DNA of 25,187 nucleotides, from assembly GCA_051439425.1 (NCBI GenBank), contig JBFRWD010000055.1:1-25187 (forward strand). The letters are read 5' to 3'. The notes beneath the pieces are model-generated. The model searched no databases. It saw only the letters and a program-made list of their open reading frames with translations, and was not told where the DNA came from. Origin of the DNA: Synechococcus sp. Lineage in GTDB: Bacteria; Cyanobacteriota; Cyanobacteriia; Thermostichales; PCC-7336. The position numbers and the translations under genes are program-made. Shown piece after piece: positions 1 to 9,335 of this stretch; position 1 is the stretch's first letter, and each line of letters opens with the position of its first letter.

Positions 1-707
1 GACGAAGAACCGTGCATGACCAAGTGGGTGTTGGGCAGACGACGGTGGATTTCTTCGATGCGGCTGATGGCCAGGATGTCACCGGAAGGCTTACGGGTGA
101 ACTTGTAAGCGCCGTGGCTGGTGCCGATTGCCAATGCCAGAGCATCAACTTGGGTGCGCTCTACGAACTCAACCGCTTCATCGGGGTCGGTCAGCAGTTG
201 ATCCTTGCTCAAGGTGCCTTCGAAACCGTGGCCGTCTTCTTTGTCACCCTGACCGGTTTCCAAAGAGCCCAAGCAACCCAATTCGCCTTCAACGCTAACG
301 CCAATGGCGTGTGCGACATCTACAACGGTCTTGGTGACGTTGACGTTGTAGTCGAAGCTAGCAGGAGTCTTGGCATCAGCTTCCAGAGAGCCGTCCATCA
401 TGACGCTGCTGAAGCCTTGCTGCATAGCGGAGTAGCAGGTAGCAGGGCTATTGCCGTGGTCCTGGTGCATCGCGATGGGGATATGAGGATAGGTCTCAAT
501 CGCTCCCAAAATCAGGTGGCGCAAAAAAGTGTCGCCAGCGTACTTACGAGCGCCGCGAGACGCCTGCAAAATAACTGGGCTATTGGTCTCATCAGCAGCC
601 TGCATGATTGACAGGATCTGCTCCATGTTGTTGACGTTGTACGCCGGGATGCCGTAGTCGTTTTCGGCGGCGTGATCCAGCAGTGTACGCAGCGATACTA
701 ATGCCAT
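1..707 (-). CDS. fbaA: Class II fructose-bisphosphate aldolase, N-terminal part (runs off the left edge of the window)
   Basis: Absent from the ORF track because its stop is outside the window. The minus strand from ATG at 707 reads [41 protein letters not shown]..., the typical cyanobacterial/CbbA class II aldolase N-terminus. GGAGGGAG RBS just upstream. Confidence 0.95.
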   Translation of the reverse strand, partial: MALVSLRTLLDHAAENDYGIPAYNVNNMEQILSIMQAADETNSPVILQASRGARKYAGDTFLRHLILGAIETYPHIPIAMHQDHGNSPATCYSAMQQGFSSVMMDGSLEADAKTPASFDYNVNVTKTVVDVAHAIGVSVEGELGCLGSLETGQGDKEDGHGFEGTLSKDQLLTDPDEAVEFVERTQVDALALAIGTSHGAYKFTRKPSGDILAISRIEEIHRRLPNTHLVMHGSS

Positions 708-998
708 GTTCTCCCTCCAGGGACCTCTCTACTGCACTATTGCAATACTTATGGCTGATTTTAAGTCATCTTTAACGATGTTGATAACTTTTGTTTCTGG
801 ATATGTCCCGTCTGGCGGTAAAAATTGCGTCAAGAGAGACTGCAGTTGGATAGCAATGGAGCGGGGTAAATATCACCAAGATGCCGGTTGTTGCAAGGCT
901 CCAAGGGAGACTCGGCGAGCGTTCGGGTGAGTTAGGTGGTTCTGACACTACCACCACTTTCTAGCCAGATATCCCACATTACCTAACTGAATTTTTAC

Positions 999-1637
999 TC
1001 AATTAAACAGTGGATCGAGATCGGGCTGATGCCAAAACTTTGAGAGTGCTTGCATTTGCTCGTAGGTGTTTCGGGCTGTGGACAGGTCGGGAAGGGCGTC
1101 AAACGAGAAAAATCCTACATCATCCGTTTCGGCATTTTCTTCAAACTCGCTGAGACGTTCGACAATTTCACAGCGCATGAACACTTTGTAAATGTAGAAC
1201 GCTCTGGGCATACGAGCAGATTTATTGCGATCGATGATGCCCAATAGCTTAGTGGCTTGGGCGATGTAGCCAGCCTCTTCGCGGATTTCGCGCACCACCG
1301 CTTCTGCCGGGGAATCCCCTAAATCTGCCCATCCACCCGGCAGTGACCACTTACCATCAATCTTCTCCCGCACCATCAACACATGACCATCGGTGTTAAA
1401 CACCACGCCGCGCACATCGACTTTAGGGGTGGAATATCCAGTATCGGATTCGAAAAAACTCTGTACCTTGGAGAATTCGGTGTCGCTGTAGGTGGATAGA
1501 ATTTCGTGGGCTAATGCTTCAAGCTTGCGACAGCGCTCGATTTCAAATTCGCTTGTACTGTATGCCAGTGCTCCTTGAACAGATGCCTGGATTTGGATTG
1601 CCCATTCGTACCAGCGGTGTTGGGGATCGAAAGACAT
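999..1637 (-). CDS. NUDIX hydrolase with N-terminal extension (ADP-ribose pyrophosphatase-like)
   Basis: Nudix box GGWADLGDSPAEAVVREIREEAG and upstream GYSTPKVDVRG motif. Start placed at ATG 1637 (MSFDPQHRW) rather than the ORF-track 1793 by inference from family length. Confidence 0.85.
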   Translation of the reverse strand: MSFDPQHRWYEWAIQIQASVQGALAYSTSEFEIERCRKLEALAHEILSTYSDTEFSKVQSFFESDTGYSTPKVDVRGVVFNTDGHVLMVREKIDGKWSLPGGWADLGDSPAEAVVREIREEAGYIAQATKLLGIIDRNKSARMPRAFYIYKVFMRCEIVERLSEFEENAETDDVGFFSFDALPDLSTARNTYEQMQALSKFWHQPDLDPLFN

Positions 1638-1808
1638 GGGACAGAACTCGCTGAGGGCGTAAGCACGATAGCAAACTTTCTCGAACCCTGTCACCATCCT
1701 GTCAGCAAGTACAGCCAAAGCCCTGGCGATATCATCGCTGTGTGTCAAGTCCGTGAGGTGAGTATAGCGACGGTTTCGCATTGTTCTGCACAAGGTAACG
1801 GTCTTAAA

Positions 1809-3221
1809 CTAACGATTTCGAGCGACATTTTGAGTTTGGACAAAGTTTCGCGTAATGCGCATTTCCAGTGGGGTATCCGGGCCGATCTCGACGACACGGG
1901 GCGCGACCAGATTGCCGATCGCCGCTCCAGCCGCCGCCCCCACCAGCACTTCCTCAGTCGCGATCGCCCGATCCCCTGTTACTCCGGCCAAAACAGCCCC
2001 AGCCGCTGCTCCAATCGCTGCATCACCCGCGATATTCGCCGGTCGAGTTTGGCGCGGGTCTTTGATGTCTCGCAGGATGGTGGACTGAGCCGAGATCGGA
2101 AACGTACGGCCTCCAACTGTCACTCGCTCGGCCCGGAAGCGCAGCCCCCCTTCCACCGGTTCTAAGCGACCTTCAACTCGCGATCCGAATGGAATGGCCA
2201 CCTGACCGGTTTCGGAACGGACGACATCATCTGTCACTGCTGCAAAGGCGTGGGATTCTTTCGGGCTGAAATACTGGGTGCGATCGCTTCTGCTCAACGC
2301 TTGGAATCGCGTTCCGGCAACTGTGGTGTTAGTCACGCGCACCGATAGGGTTTGTTGGGAATTGGAGCGATTCGAATGATTTCTGCTTGAGTTATTCCTG
2401 TTCGAGTTATTTCTATTCACGTTATTAGAGCGGTTGGAGCGAACCATTGTGACATTCCGACTGCTCGTCGTACCGCGATTCGTCGTGGTGCTGGTGGTAC
2501 TAGTGCTCGTAGCCACCGTCCGGGTCTGAGTTCCATCCAGTGCTCCCATGCGTTGCAGGCTGCGATGGGCAAAGGCTGCGACCTCGGCACGGGTTGCGGT
2601 GCGATTGGGTTCTAGCCAATTGGGGTTGAGTGGGTTAACCGTCAAATCCATGCGTGCCGCTGTCGCCAGCCCGGTAGTGGCCCACGAGGGAACGGCATTT
2701 GCATCCCGGAACATCTGCAGCCAGCGCCCAGTGCGACTGACCGGAACGAGACGATCGTTGTTGGCCGCCTGCAGGCCATTGACCATAACCACTAATGATT
2801 GGGCTCGCGTGACGTTTTGCTCGGGCCGAAAGTAGCCTCCGGGGTAACCGGCAACCAGCCCGCTGCTGTTTGCGGCAGCAATATGACCGGCAGCCCAGTG
2901 AGAAAACGGTACATCGCGGAAGGTTTGGGTGGTGGGGCCACCTCCCAGCTCGAAGACTTGATTGGCAATGGTGGCAAATTGAGCCCGAGTAACGGGGGCA
3001 TTTGGCCGAAAACTGCCGTCGGGGAATCCCCCCAGTACTCCCATATCGGATAAATCGTCGATATAGTCTTCAGCCCAATGACCGTTGGTATCGCTAAACT
3101 CAGCAGCGTTTGCAGGGCCAGCAGCGATCGCCCCCCATGTCATCGCAGCCATGGCTAATCCTGCGGTCACGATTTTCTGAGTCAACCGTTTGGTGTAGGT
3201 GAGTCGTTTTGATTGACTCAA
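1809..3221 (-). CDS. Secreted S-layer homology (SLH) domain protein
   Basis: Signal-peptide-like segment ending GPANAA, three SLH repeats (FSDTNGHWA..GFPDGSFRPNAPVTRAQF; FRDVPFSHWA..GYPGGYFRPEQNVTRAQ; FRDANAVPSWA..LEPNRTATRAE), low-complexity T/N/S/R linker and C-terminal Gly/Ala-zipper. Start uncertain: TTG 3221 preferred, ORF is open to GTG 3317. Confidence 0.85.
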   Translation of the reverse strand: MSQSKRLTYTKRLTQKIVTAGLAMAAMTWGAIAAGPANAAEFSDTNGHWAEDYIDDLSDMGVLGGFPDGSFRPNAPVTRAQFATIANQVFELGGGPTTQTFRDVPFSHWAAGHIAAANSSGLVAGYPGGYFRPEQNVTRAQSLVVMVNGLQAANNDRLVPVSRTGRWLQMFRDANAVPSWATTGLATAARMDLTVNPLNPNWLEPNRTATRAEVAAFAHRSLQRMGALDGTQTRTVATSTSTTSTTTNRGTTSSRNVTMVRSNRSNNVNRNNSNRNNSSRNHSNRSNSQQTLSVRVTNTTVAGTRFQALSRSDRTQYFSPKESHAFAAVTDDVVRSETGQVAIPFGSRVEGRLEPVEGGLRFRAERVTVGGRTFPISAQSTILRDIKDPRQTRPANIAGDAAIGAAAGAVLAGVTGDRAIATEEVLVGAAAGAAIGNLVAPRVVEIGPDTPLEMRITRNFVQTQNVARNR

Positions 3222-3481
3222 GAAGAAGACTTGGGCAACTTCAAACCAATATTGAGTAGCGCCAGATTGTTGATGCACGTGCTCTTCCTCCGATGGAATA
3301 CGGAATGAACTGTTCACATGCTGGCGAGAAATGACTGGCCATGAAAAGGGGTGAAACCCTTGAAATACGGTGTTTTTCGCCTTTGAGCGCAGAAGTCTGC
3401 GGTCGGAAGATGTCGCGATCGTAGCGACGAAGTATTTGGCCTTGCGCTCGAATTACCTACGGAGGTATGGACAGTAGAAAT

Positions 3482-3568
3482 AAAAAAATACCCAGGCGAT
3501 AGACCCGGGCAAGAGCGACATTCATGTTCCGGTTACATATAACCAATCAACTGTGAATGATTTGTGAA
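3482..3568 (-). repeat. Intergenic repeat unit copy 1, putative small RNA gene
   Basis: Minus strand: TTCACAaatcaTTCACA-gttgattggttatatgtaaccg-GAACATGAATGTCGCTCTT-GCCCGGGT ctatc GCCTGGGT-ATTTTTTT. The repeat is seen directly; sRNA status is inferred. Confidence 0.8.
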
Positions 3569-3610
3569 CGGAGAATGCATTGGAGTGAATTTAAGAATAG
3601 GGGTGCAAAT

Positions 3611-3695
3611 AGAAAAGCCCAGGTGGCTAACCCAGGCAAGAGCAACATTTATCTTCTGAGTTCATCAATTCAAAATGGTGTGAATGATTTATGAA
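3611..3695 (-). repeat. Intergenic repeat unit copy 2 (diverged), putative small RNA gene
   Basis: Minus strand: TTCATAaatcaTTCACA-ccattttgaattgatgaactca-GAAGATAAATGTTGCTCTT-GCCTGGGT tagcc ACCTGGGC-TTTTCT. Same block spacing as copies 1 and 3. Confidence 0.75.
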
Positions 3696-3797
3696 TATCT
3701 ATTCTTCTCTTTATCTGGCTTAGACAGTTGGCATCGCGGTATTCAGATGCTCGGGTCAACTGCACTGTTGAGGACTCTGACGTTTCCAAAGTGAACC

Positions 3798-3885
3798 AAA
3801 AAAAATACCCAGGCGACAAACCCGGGCAAGAGCGACATTCATGTTCCAGCTACATACAACCAATCAACTGTGAATGATTTGTGAA
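3798..3885 (-). repeat. Intergenic repeat unit copy 3, putative small RNA gene
   Basis: Minus strand: TTCACAaatcaTTCACA-gttgattggttgtatgtagctg-GAACATGAATGTCGCTCTT-GCCCGGGT ttgtc GCCTGGGT-ATTTTTTTT. Five substitutions versus copy 1 (2 in the hairpin loop, 3 in the spacer). Confidence 0.8.
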
Positions 3886-3933
3886 AAAGCCAGCCATTAT
3901 GAACTTAGGTGGCTTGAAAAGTTGAATGGCTGG
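3884..3933 (-). terminator. Possible terminator or insulating hairpin downstream of the MFS gene
   Basis: Inverted repeat CCAGCCATT...AATGGCTGG with inner AACTT/AAGTT, followed on the minus strand by CTTTTT. The loop is long, so this is uncertain. Confidence 0.4.
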
Positions 3934-3996
3934 AGTGCAGCCAATGAGCGAGTGACATCATCCCATGTCCGACTGAACCTTACTCTTGGACAACGC

Positions 3997-5187
3997 TCAT
4001 ACGCTAGCGGGTACTCGATTCTTTCCGATTGTTTGACCCCCAATCAAAGCGATCGCCACAAATACCAACACCGTGCCAGCCAGCATGGGTGACACTTGCC
4101 CCCAATTGTCATACGTCCAACCAGCCGCTAATGGACCTAAAATCTGCGTCACGCTGCTGAGGGATTGCGTTCCCCCACTCAGCTTGCCCTGTTCGTCATC
4201 CGCCACGTTATTAGCCAACAAACCGCGTAATGACGGAGATGCTATTCCAATCCCAAAGGCGAAGAGGGCTTGAGTTCCGTAGAGGAAGTAGCCGCGTGGG
4301 CTGATGGCAACCAAGATTAAGGCCAAGGACACCATACTCATGCCCGCCAACAACAGTCGCATCTCCCCAAATCGGGGCAGAAGCTTGCGAATTAATCCCC
4401 CCTGAACAATGCTGGCGACAACTCCGACAAACACCAGAATGGCCCCCGATTCTACTGGTCCCCATCCGTAGCGATCGCGAACCAACACCACAAATACATT
4501 GGTAAATCCGGCGAAGGCCATGAAGAATGCCAAGTAGCCTCCCAGCAGCGATCGCAAATTAGCCCGTCCAAATAAATTGGCAAGCTGACGCAATGGATTG
4601 AAATCCTGCAGGGTTAGTGGTGCTGTAGTGCGCACTTTTAAGGACTCTGGCAAGACACAGTAGGCCATGATTCCGTTGCAGACTGCCACCCCTCCAGCCA
4701 CAAATACCGGCAAGCGCAGGTCAATGCTGCCAAGAATGCCTCCCATCAACGGGCCGAAGATAAAACCAATTCCGGCAGCAGCTCCGATCAATCCGAAATT
4801 TTTGGTGCGGTCTTCTGGAGATTTGGACACATCGGCGATGTAAGCCTGCGCGGTACTGACCACTCCCCCTGTTAGCCCGTTTGTAATTTGAGCGGCAAAC
4901 ATGACCCATAGGGCATTGGCAATTCCGAATAGGAAAAACGCCATCGCCGTACCGAACGTGCATATGACAATGATGGGACGCCGACCGTAGCGATCGGAGA
5001 TAGCACCGAGAACGGGGGCGGCAAAAAACTGGGCAATTGCAAAACTAGCCGCCAGCAAGCCAATCGTGAAAGCGTTACTGCTGTACTGCTCGACTAAGTA
5101 AGGCAGGACGGGGAATAACAGCCCCCCACCGATCACCTCAATGATGATGGTCAACACCACTACGAATAGTGGAGAGATGGCGCTCAT
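3997..5187 (-). CDS. MFS transporter, TetA/DHA1-like drug:H+ antiporter
   Basis: 396 aa with about 12 hydrophobic segments, MFS motif A (GAISDRYGRRP) and antiporter motif C (GIGFIFGPLMGG). Confidence 0.88.
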   Translation of the reverse strand: MSAISPLFVVVLTIIIEVIGGGLLFPVLPYLVEQYSSNAFTIGLLAASFAIAQFFAAPVLGAISDRYGRRPIIVICTFGTAMAFFLFGIANALWVMFAAQITNGLTGGVVSTAQAYIADVSKSPEDRTKNFGLIGAAAGIGFIFGPLMGGILGSIDLRLPVFVAGGVAVCNGIMAYCVLPESLKVRTTAPLTLQDFNPLRQLANLFGRANLRSLLGGYLAFFMAFAGFTNVFVVLVRDRYGWGPVESGAILVFVGVVASIVQGGLIRKLLPRFGEMRLLLAGMSMVSLALILVAISPRGYFLYGTQALFAFGIGIASPSLRGLLANNVADDEQGKLSGGTQSLSSVTQILGPLAAGWTYDNWGQVSPMLAGTVLVFVAIALIGGQTIGKNRVPASV

Positions 5188-5453
5188 AAGTTGCAGCTCG
5201 CAGATAGACAGACCGTAACTTTACAAAGCTTAACGTTTTTCGCCTCGTTTCCGCGATGCTTCGCATACCAACAGTTACCGACCTCGGCGTGCGTCTCGAT
5301 CCACACTCGGTCTGAGCAAGCAAGCGATGCTTGAGCCTTGATGCTATGGAGATCGGCAATCCGCTATGGAGACTTTTCGAACCACTTTCCATATGTATCA
5401 AGGCTTTCAGCTATTTCCACACTCCAGACCTTACAGCGGATTGCTATATACAG

Positions 5454-6476
5454 CTAGAACTGCCAATTCTCCAACCCTAAGACCTCTCCTTCACCGGCTA
5501 CGATCTCGCCAATTTCAATCGATCCGGGCAACAGTTCAAGAGCACGACCGCAGGTCTCCGCAGGAACCACAACGATATAGCCAATCCCCATATTGAAGGT
5601 CTTGAACATCTCCATCGGCTCCACCGGCCCCTGCTGCATCAGCCAGACAAAGTCTGCCGGAATCTCCCAACTGTTGGGGATAATGCGGGCGGATAGTCCG
5701 TCGCCAAAGCAGCGGGGCAAGTTCTCTGGAAAGCCGCCGCCAGTCATGTGAGCCATGCCGTGAACGGTCAATCCGGCCTTAAGGGCAGCGAGAATGGGTT
5801 GGACGTAGATCTGAGTTGGGGTGAGATAGGTATCTACCAGCGATCGCCCCCAGCTATCGGGAACTGTCGACCAATCTTGCTTGCTTTCGCTGACAATATG
5901 TCGCACTAAGCTATAGCCGTTGCTGTGGACCCCGGAGCTGGGCAAACCGATCAGGCGATCGCCAACTGCAACTTTAGAGCCGTCAATGATGTCCGTTTTC
6001 TCAACCACACCGACGCAAAAACCAGCGACATCATATTCTCCTTCGCCATAGAAACCGGGCATTTCAGCGGTTTCCCCACCCAATAGCGCACAGCCCGACT
6101 GCTCGCAACCGGTGGCAATCCCGTCCACCACTTCTTTCAACTGCTGCGGTTCTAATTTACCGGTGGCCAAATAGTCTAAGAAAAACAGCGGCTCCGCCCC
6201 CAGTGTCAGGATGTCGTTGACACACATCGCCACCAAGTCAATCCCAATGCTGTTGTGACGTTGGGAGATCTGAGCCAATTTCAGCTTGGTACCGACACCA
6301 TCGGTTCCCGACACCAAGACGGGCTGGCGATACCCCTGCGGAAGCTCGAACAATCCGCCGAACCCGCCCAAGCCCTGCAAAACTCCAGGGCGCATGGTAC
6401 GAGCAACGCTGCCTTTGATGTCATCCACAAACTCGCGCCCGCGAGCAACGTCAACGCCTGCTGAACGGTAGTCCAA
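5454..6476 (-). CDS. purM: Phosphoribosylformylglycinamidine cyclo-ligase (AIR synthetase)
   Basis: [39 protein letters not shown] and TFNMGIG motifs. Start moved to TTG 6476, which has AAGAGGA upstream. Confidence 0.96.
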   Translation of the reverse strand: MDYRSAGVDVARGREFVDDIKGSVARTMRPGVLQGLGGFGGLFELPQGYRQPVLVSGTDGVGTKLKLAQISQRHNSIGIDLVAMCVNDILTLGAEPLFFLDYLATGKLEPQQLKEVVDGIATGCEQSGCALLGGETAEMPGFYGEGEYDVAGFCVGVVEKTDIIDGSKVAVGDRLIGLPSSGVHSNGYSLVRHIVSESKQDWSTVPDSWGRSLVDTYLTPTQIYVQPILAALKAGLTVHGMAHMTGGGFPENLPRCFGDGLSARIIPNSWEIPADFVWLMQQGPVEPMEMFKTFNMGIGYIVVVPAETCGRALELLPGSIEIGEIVAGEGEVLGLENWQF

Positions 6477-6694
6477 AACTTGCAATCCTCTTAGCAACAA
6501 CCTGGGTGTAAAAACTGAGATTGCCGCTCATCCGGATAACAACACCCACCCGTGTCTTTACCGACACCTGACAAGTTCTGTGATACGGTCACGGCGTTTA
6601 TACCTAAGGCCTTTGCCGAACCCAACTTTTCGAAGTTGGATTACTGGCAGGAAAAGTCTCCAGGTCGATCTAAGCAGAATTCCGACACTCGTCC

Positions 6695-7795
6695 ATGAAT
6701 CCAAAACAAACTCTGGTTCTCTTCGCGTCGTTGAGTGCTGGGTTACTGATCCTGCCCGCAGGGATGGTGAAAGCGTCCGAATCCAACACCTCTTCTAGCC
6801 AGAGGCAGCCAGCGGCGATAAGTTTAGAGGGCGATCGCGTTGCAACTCTCGGTCCACTGAATACCGACGAGTCTGCCATAGAGGACTCTAGAGATTTTAT
6901 CGAGACTTGGCTGAGGACAACGATTGAGGAAGAGCAATTTGAAGAGAGAGCTGTTGAGCGGGAGGGTACCGATACTGCTGCCTCTACGGCAAACGAGGCC
7001 CCAGTAAATACGAACACGGATGCCGTGTTGGAAGCAGCACGAGGTACTGCAGAACTCAATGAGCTGTTGGGTGGAAATGATGGGCCAGCATCACTCTACG
7101 CTCACGATCTATGGGGGCACGAGGCGGCGACGGTGTATTTGGAGGGGTTGCCTTTGGTTACATTTACAGCCGCTAACAACCCATCAGCTAATCCGGAGGA
7201 CATGGCAGCTGATTTAACAGAACGTCTCAACCAGTTGGCCCAAAGCGAACCCGAGTCTTACGACATTGGCTTAATTGCGGGTGCTAACTACGCCGTTACG
7301 GTAGATGGGACTGCGGTGATTGAGATTGATGACACAGTGCAATCGACATTCCGAGATCGCGATCGCTCTGCAACTGCCACTAGCGTGGCAAATCAAATGC
7401 GCCGGACTTTACAAGGAACTTCCCCAATCGATGCTTCCGATGCCGTCGTTGTCGCTCGTGCATCTTCCGATTACACATCCAGTACCGTAACCGGAACTGT
7501 TGTTGGCACCCAGCGAGGATTGGCCTCTTGGTATGGCCCTGGGTTTGCTGGGCGCCTCAGTGCAAACGGTGAAATTTTCAATCCCGAGCACATGACAGCA
7601 GCTCATAAATATCTGCCCTTCAACACGATGGTGGAAGTGATTAATCTGATTACTGGCAGCTCGGTAGTAGTGCGGATTAACGATCGCGGCCCGTTTGTGG
7701 GAGAACGCATCATCGACCTATCGGCAGCAGCGGCTCGGTCGATTGGGTTATTACAAAGTGGTGTCGGGCCGGTTGAAATCAGGATTTTGAATTAG
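6695..7795 (+). CDS. rlpA: Septal ring lytic transglycosylase RlpA family protein
   Basis: N-terminal signal peptide and C-terminal DPBB domain GLASWYGPGFAGRLSANGE..TAAHKYLPFNT..VRINDRGPF..RIIDLS. Confidence 0.92.
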   Translation: MNPKQTLVLFASLSAGLLILPAGMVKASESNTSSSQRQPAAISLEGDRVATLGPLNTDESAIEDSRDFIETWLRTTIEEEQFEERAVEREGTDTAASTANEAPVNTNTDAVLEAARGTAELNELLGGNDGPASLYAHDLWGHEAATVYLEGLPLVTFTAANNPSANPEDMAADLTERLNQLAQSEPESYDIGLIAGANYAVTVDGTAVIEIDDTVQSTFRDRDRSATATSVANQMRRTLQGTSPIDASDAVVVARASSDYTSSTVTGTVVGTQRGLASWYGPGFAGRLSANGEIFNPEHMTAAHKYLPFNTMVEVINLITGSSVVVRINDRGPFVGERIIDLSAAAARSIGLLQSGVGPVEIRILN

Positions 7796-8243
7796 GCAGG
7801 CAATGCTCTACCAAGATATTGGGACGCGTTATTGGGCGATCTCGTCCAGCCATCGGGCATGTTCGGATGCTAGTGCGATAATTCAGGCTGAATAAGGACC
7901 GCAATACTATCAGTGGGCTGTGGTTGCATTGAAAATCTGAGTTGAGACGTATGTAGCGCTAGATTGGCTTATACCCAACAGTTTGTGTACTTGCTAAACA
8001 CAAGGACTTCCACACAACTAGAATGATTGCGGCGACGATATCGGCTTTCCATACGTTGCCAGGATCGTCTATTATTGTTTATCTGTGAGCGTATTTGTAC
8101 GGCACTCTAGCTTTGATTAGTTGTCCGTGTCGATCCAGTCTGACGGTATTACCAGATCCAGAGCTATATCTGTCGTCTCTGTCCTACCGATGTCTAGCGT
8201 CCACTTCTAGCTACCCCTTCCTGTAACCCCTAGTAAGAATCCA

Positions 8244-9185
8244 ATGCCCGAAACATCCACACTACCTGCAGTTGGCTTTACCCACGAAGATTTTGCCGCT
8301 CTTCTCGACCAATACGACTATCACTTCAATCCGGGCGATGTTGTTGCAGGAACCGTTTTCTCGCTAGAGCCTCGTGGCGCACTGATCGATATTGGAGCCA
8401 AGACTGCTGCATTTCTGCCCATCCAGGAAATGTCCATCAGCCGCATCGACAACGCTGATGAAGTTCTGGCCCCCGGTGAAACTCGCGAATTCTTCATTCT
8501 GACTGAAGAGAACGAAGAAGGTCAGCTCACCCTATCTATCCGCCGCATCGAATACATGCGCGCTTGGGAGCGGGTCCGTCAGCTTCAAGCTGAAGATGCT
8601 ACCGTTCGTTCCGATATCTTCGCCACCAACCGTGGTGGTGCATTGGTTCGCATCGAAGGTCTGCGCGGATTTATCCCCGGTTCTCACATCAGCACCCGCA
8701 AGCCCAAAGAGGAATTAGTGGGCGAAGAGCTGCCTCTGAAGTTCCTGGAAGTGGACGAAGAGCGCAACCGTCTGGTTCTCAGTCATCGTCGTGCGTTGGT
8801 AGAGCGCAAGATGAACAAACTAGAAATGGGCGAGGTGGTCATCGGTACCGTTCGCGGCATCAAGCCTTACGGTGCATTCATCGACATCGGCGGCGTCAGC
8901 GGTCTGCTGCACATTTCCGAAATCTCGCACAACCACATCGAAACCCCTCATTCCGTGTTGAACGTGGGCGACGAAGTGAAGGTCATGATCATCGACCTGG
9001 ATGCCGAGCGCGGACGCATTTCGCTGTCTACCAAGCAGCTTGAAGTTACTCCTGGCGACATGACTCGCGATCCTCAGTTGGTGTACTCCACTGCTGAAGA
9101 GATGGCTGAGAAATTCCGCGAGCAAATGATGGCCAAGCACGAGGGCAGCGAGGAAGTGATGGAAGAAGAGTACGTTCCCGCCTAA
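8244..9185 (+). CDS. rpsA: 30S ribosomal protein S1 (short three-domain cyanobacterial type)
   Basis: GFTHEDFAALLDQYDYHF N-terminus and S1 domains (..IKPYGAFIDIGGVSGLLHISEISH..). Confidence 0.97.
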   Translation: MPETSTLPAVGFTHEDFAALLDQYDYHFNPGDVVAGTVFSLEPRGALIDIGAKTAAFLPIQEMSISRIDNADEVLAPGETREFFILTEENEEGQLTLSIRRIEYMRAWERVRQLQAEDATVRSDIFATNRGGALVRIEGLRGFIPGSHISTRKPKEELVGEELPLKFLEVDEERNRLVLSHRRALVERKMNKLEMGEVVIGTVRGIKPYGAFIDIGGVSGLLHISEISHNHIETPHSVLNVGDEVKVMIIDLDAERGRISLSTKQLEVTPGDMTRDPQLVYSTAEEMAEKFREQMMAKHEGSEEVMEEEYVPA

Positions 9186-9223
9186 GCTCTTTCAGCCCAT
9201 CAATTCGCCTTGCTTAGTTTTAC

Positions 9224-9250
9224 AAACCCTCCTCAGTTGAGGAGGGTTTT
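9224..9250 (+). terminator. Rho-independent terminator after rpsA
   Basis: AAACCCTCCTCA gt TGAGGAGGGTTT T, a near-perfect inverted repeat about 40 nt after the stop codon. Confidence 0.85.
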
Positions 9251-9335
9251 GCCGTAGACGAGAATTACCAGTTATTCAGACGTTGGCCTGATTCGGCAGG
9301 ATAGACTGAAGCAGTTCGCAGGTGAAACTAACTTT

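Noticed and set aside
12..611. 199-aa plus-strand ORF
   Set aside because: Antisense shadow of fbaA.
930..988. AGTTAGGT...ACCTAACT inverted repeat between NUDIX and fbaA
   Set aside because: Only 8 bp with a long loop and no U-tail, too weak to call a terminator or ncRNA.
3341..3364. TTCA-type repeats upstream of the SLH gene resembling the repeat box
   Set aside because: Periods are 10 and 9 nt rather than 11, and the hexamers are degenerate.
3482..3885. CRISPR array interpretation of the three repeats
   Set aside because: Units are ~87 nt, periods are irregular (127, 190), the middle copy is diverged, each ends in a terminator-like hairpin, and there are no cas genes in the window.
5220..5237. 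HLR1/RpaB-like site TTTACAAA-gc-TTAACGTT upstream of the MFS gene
   Set aside because: Only one half-site matches the consensus.
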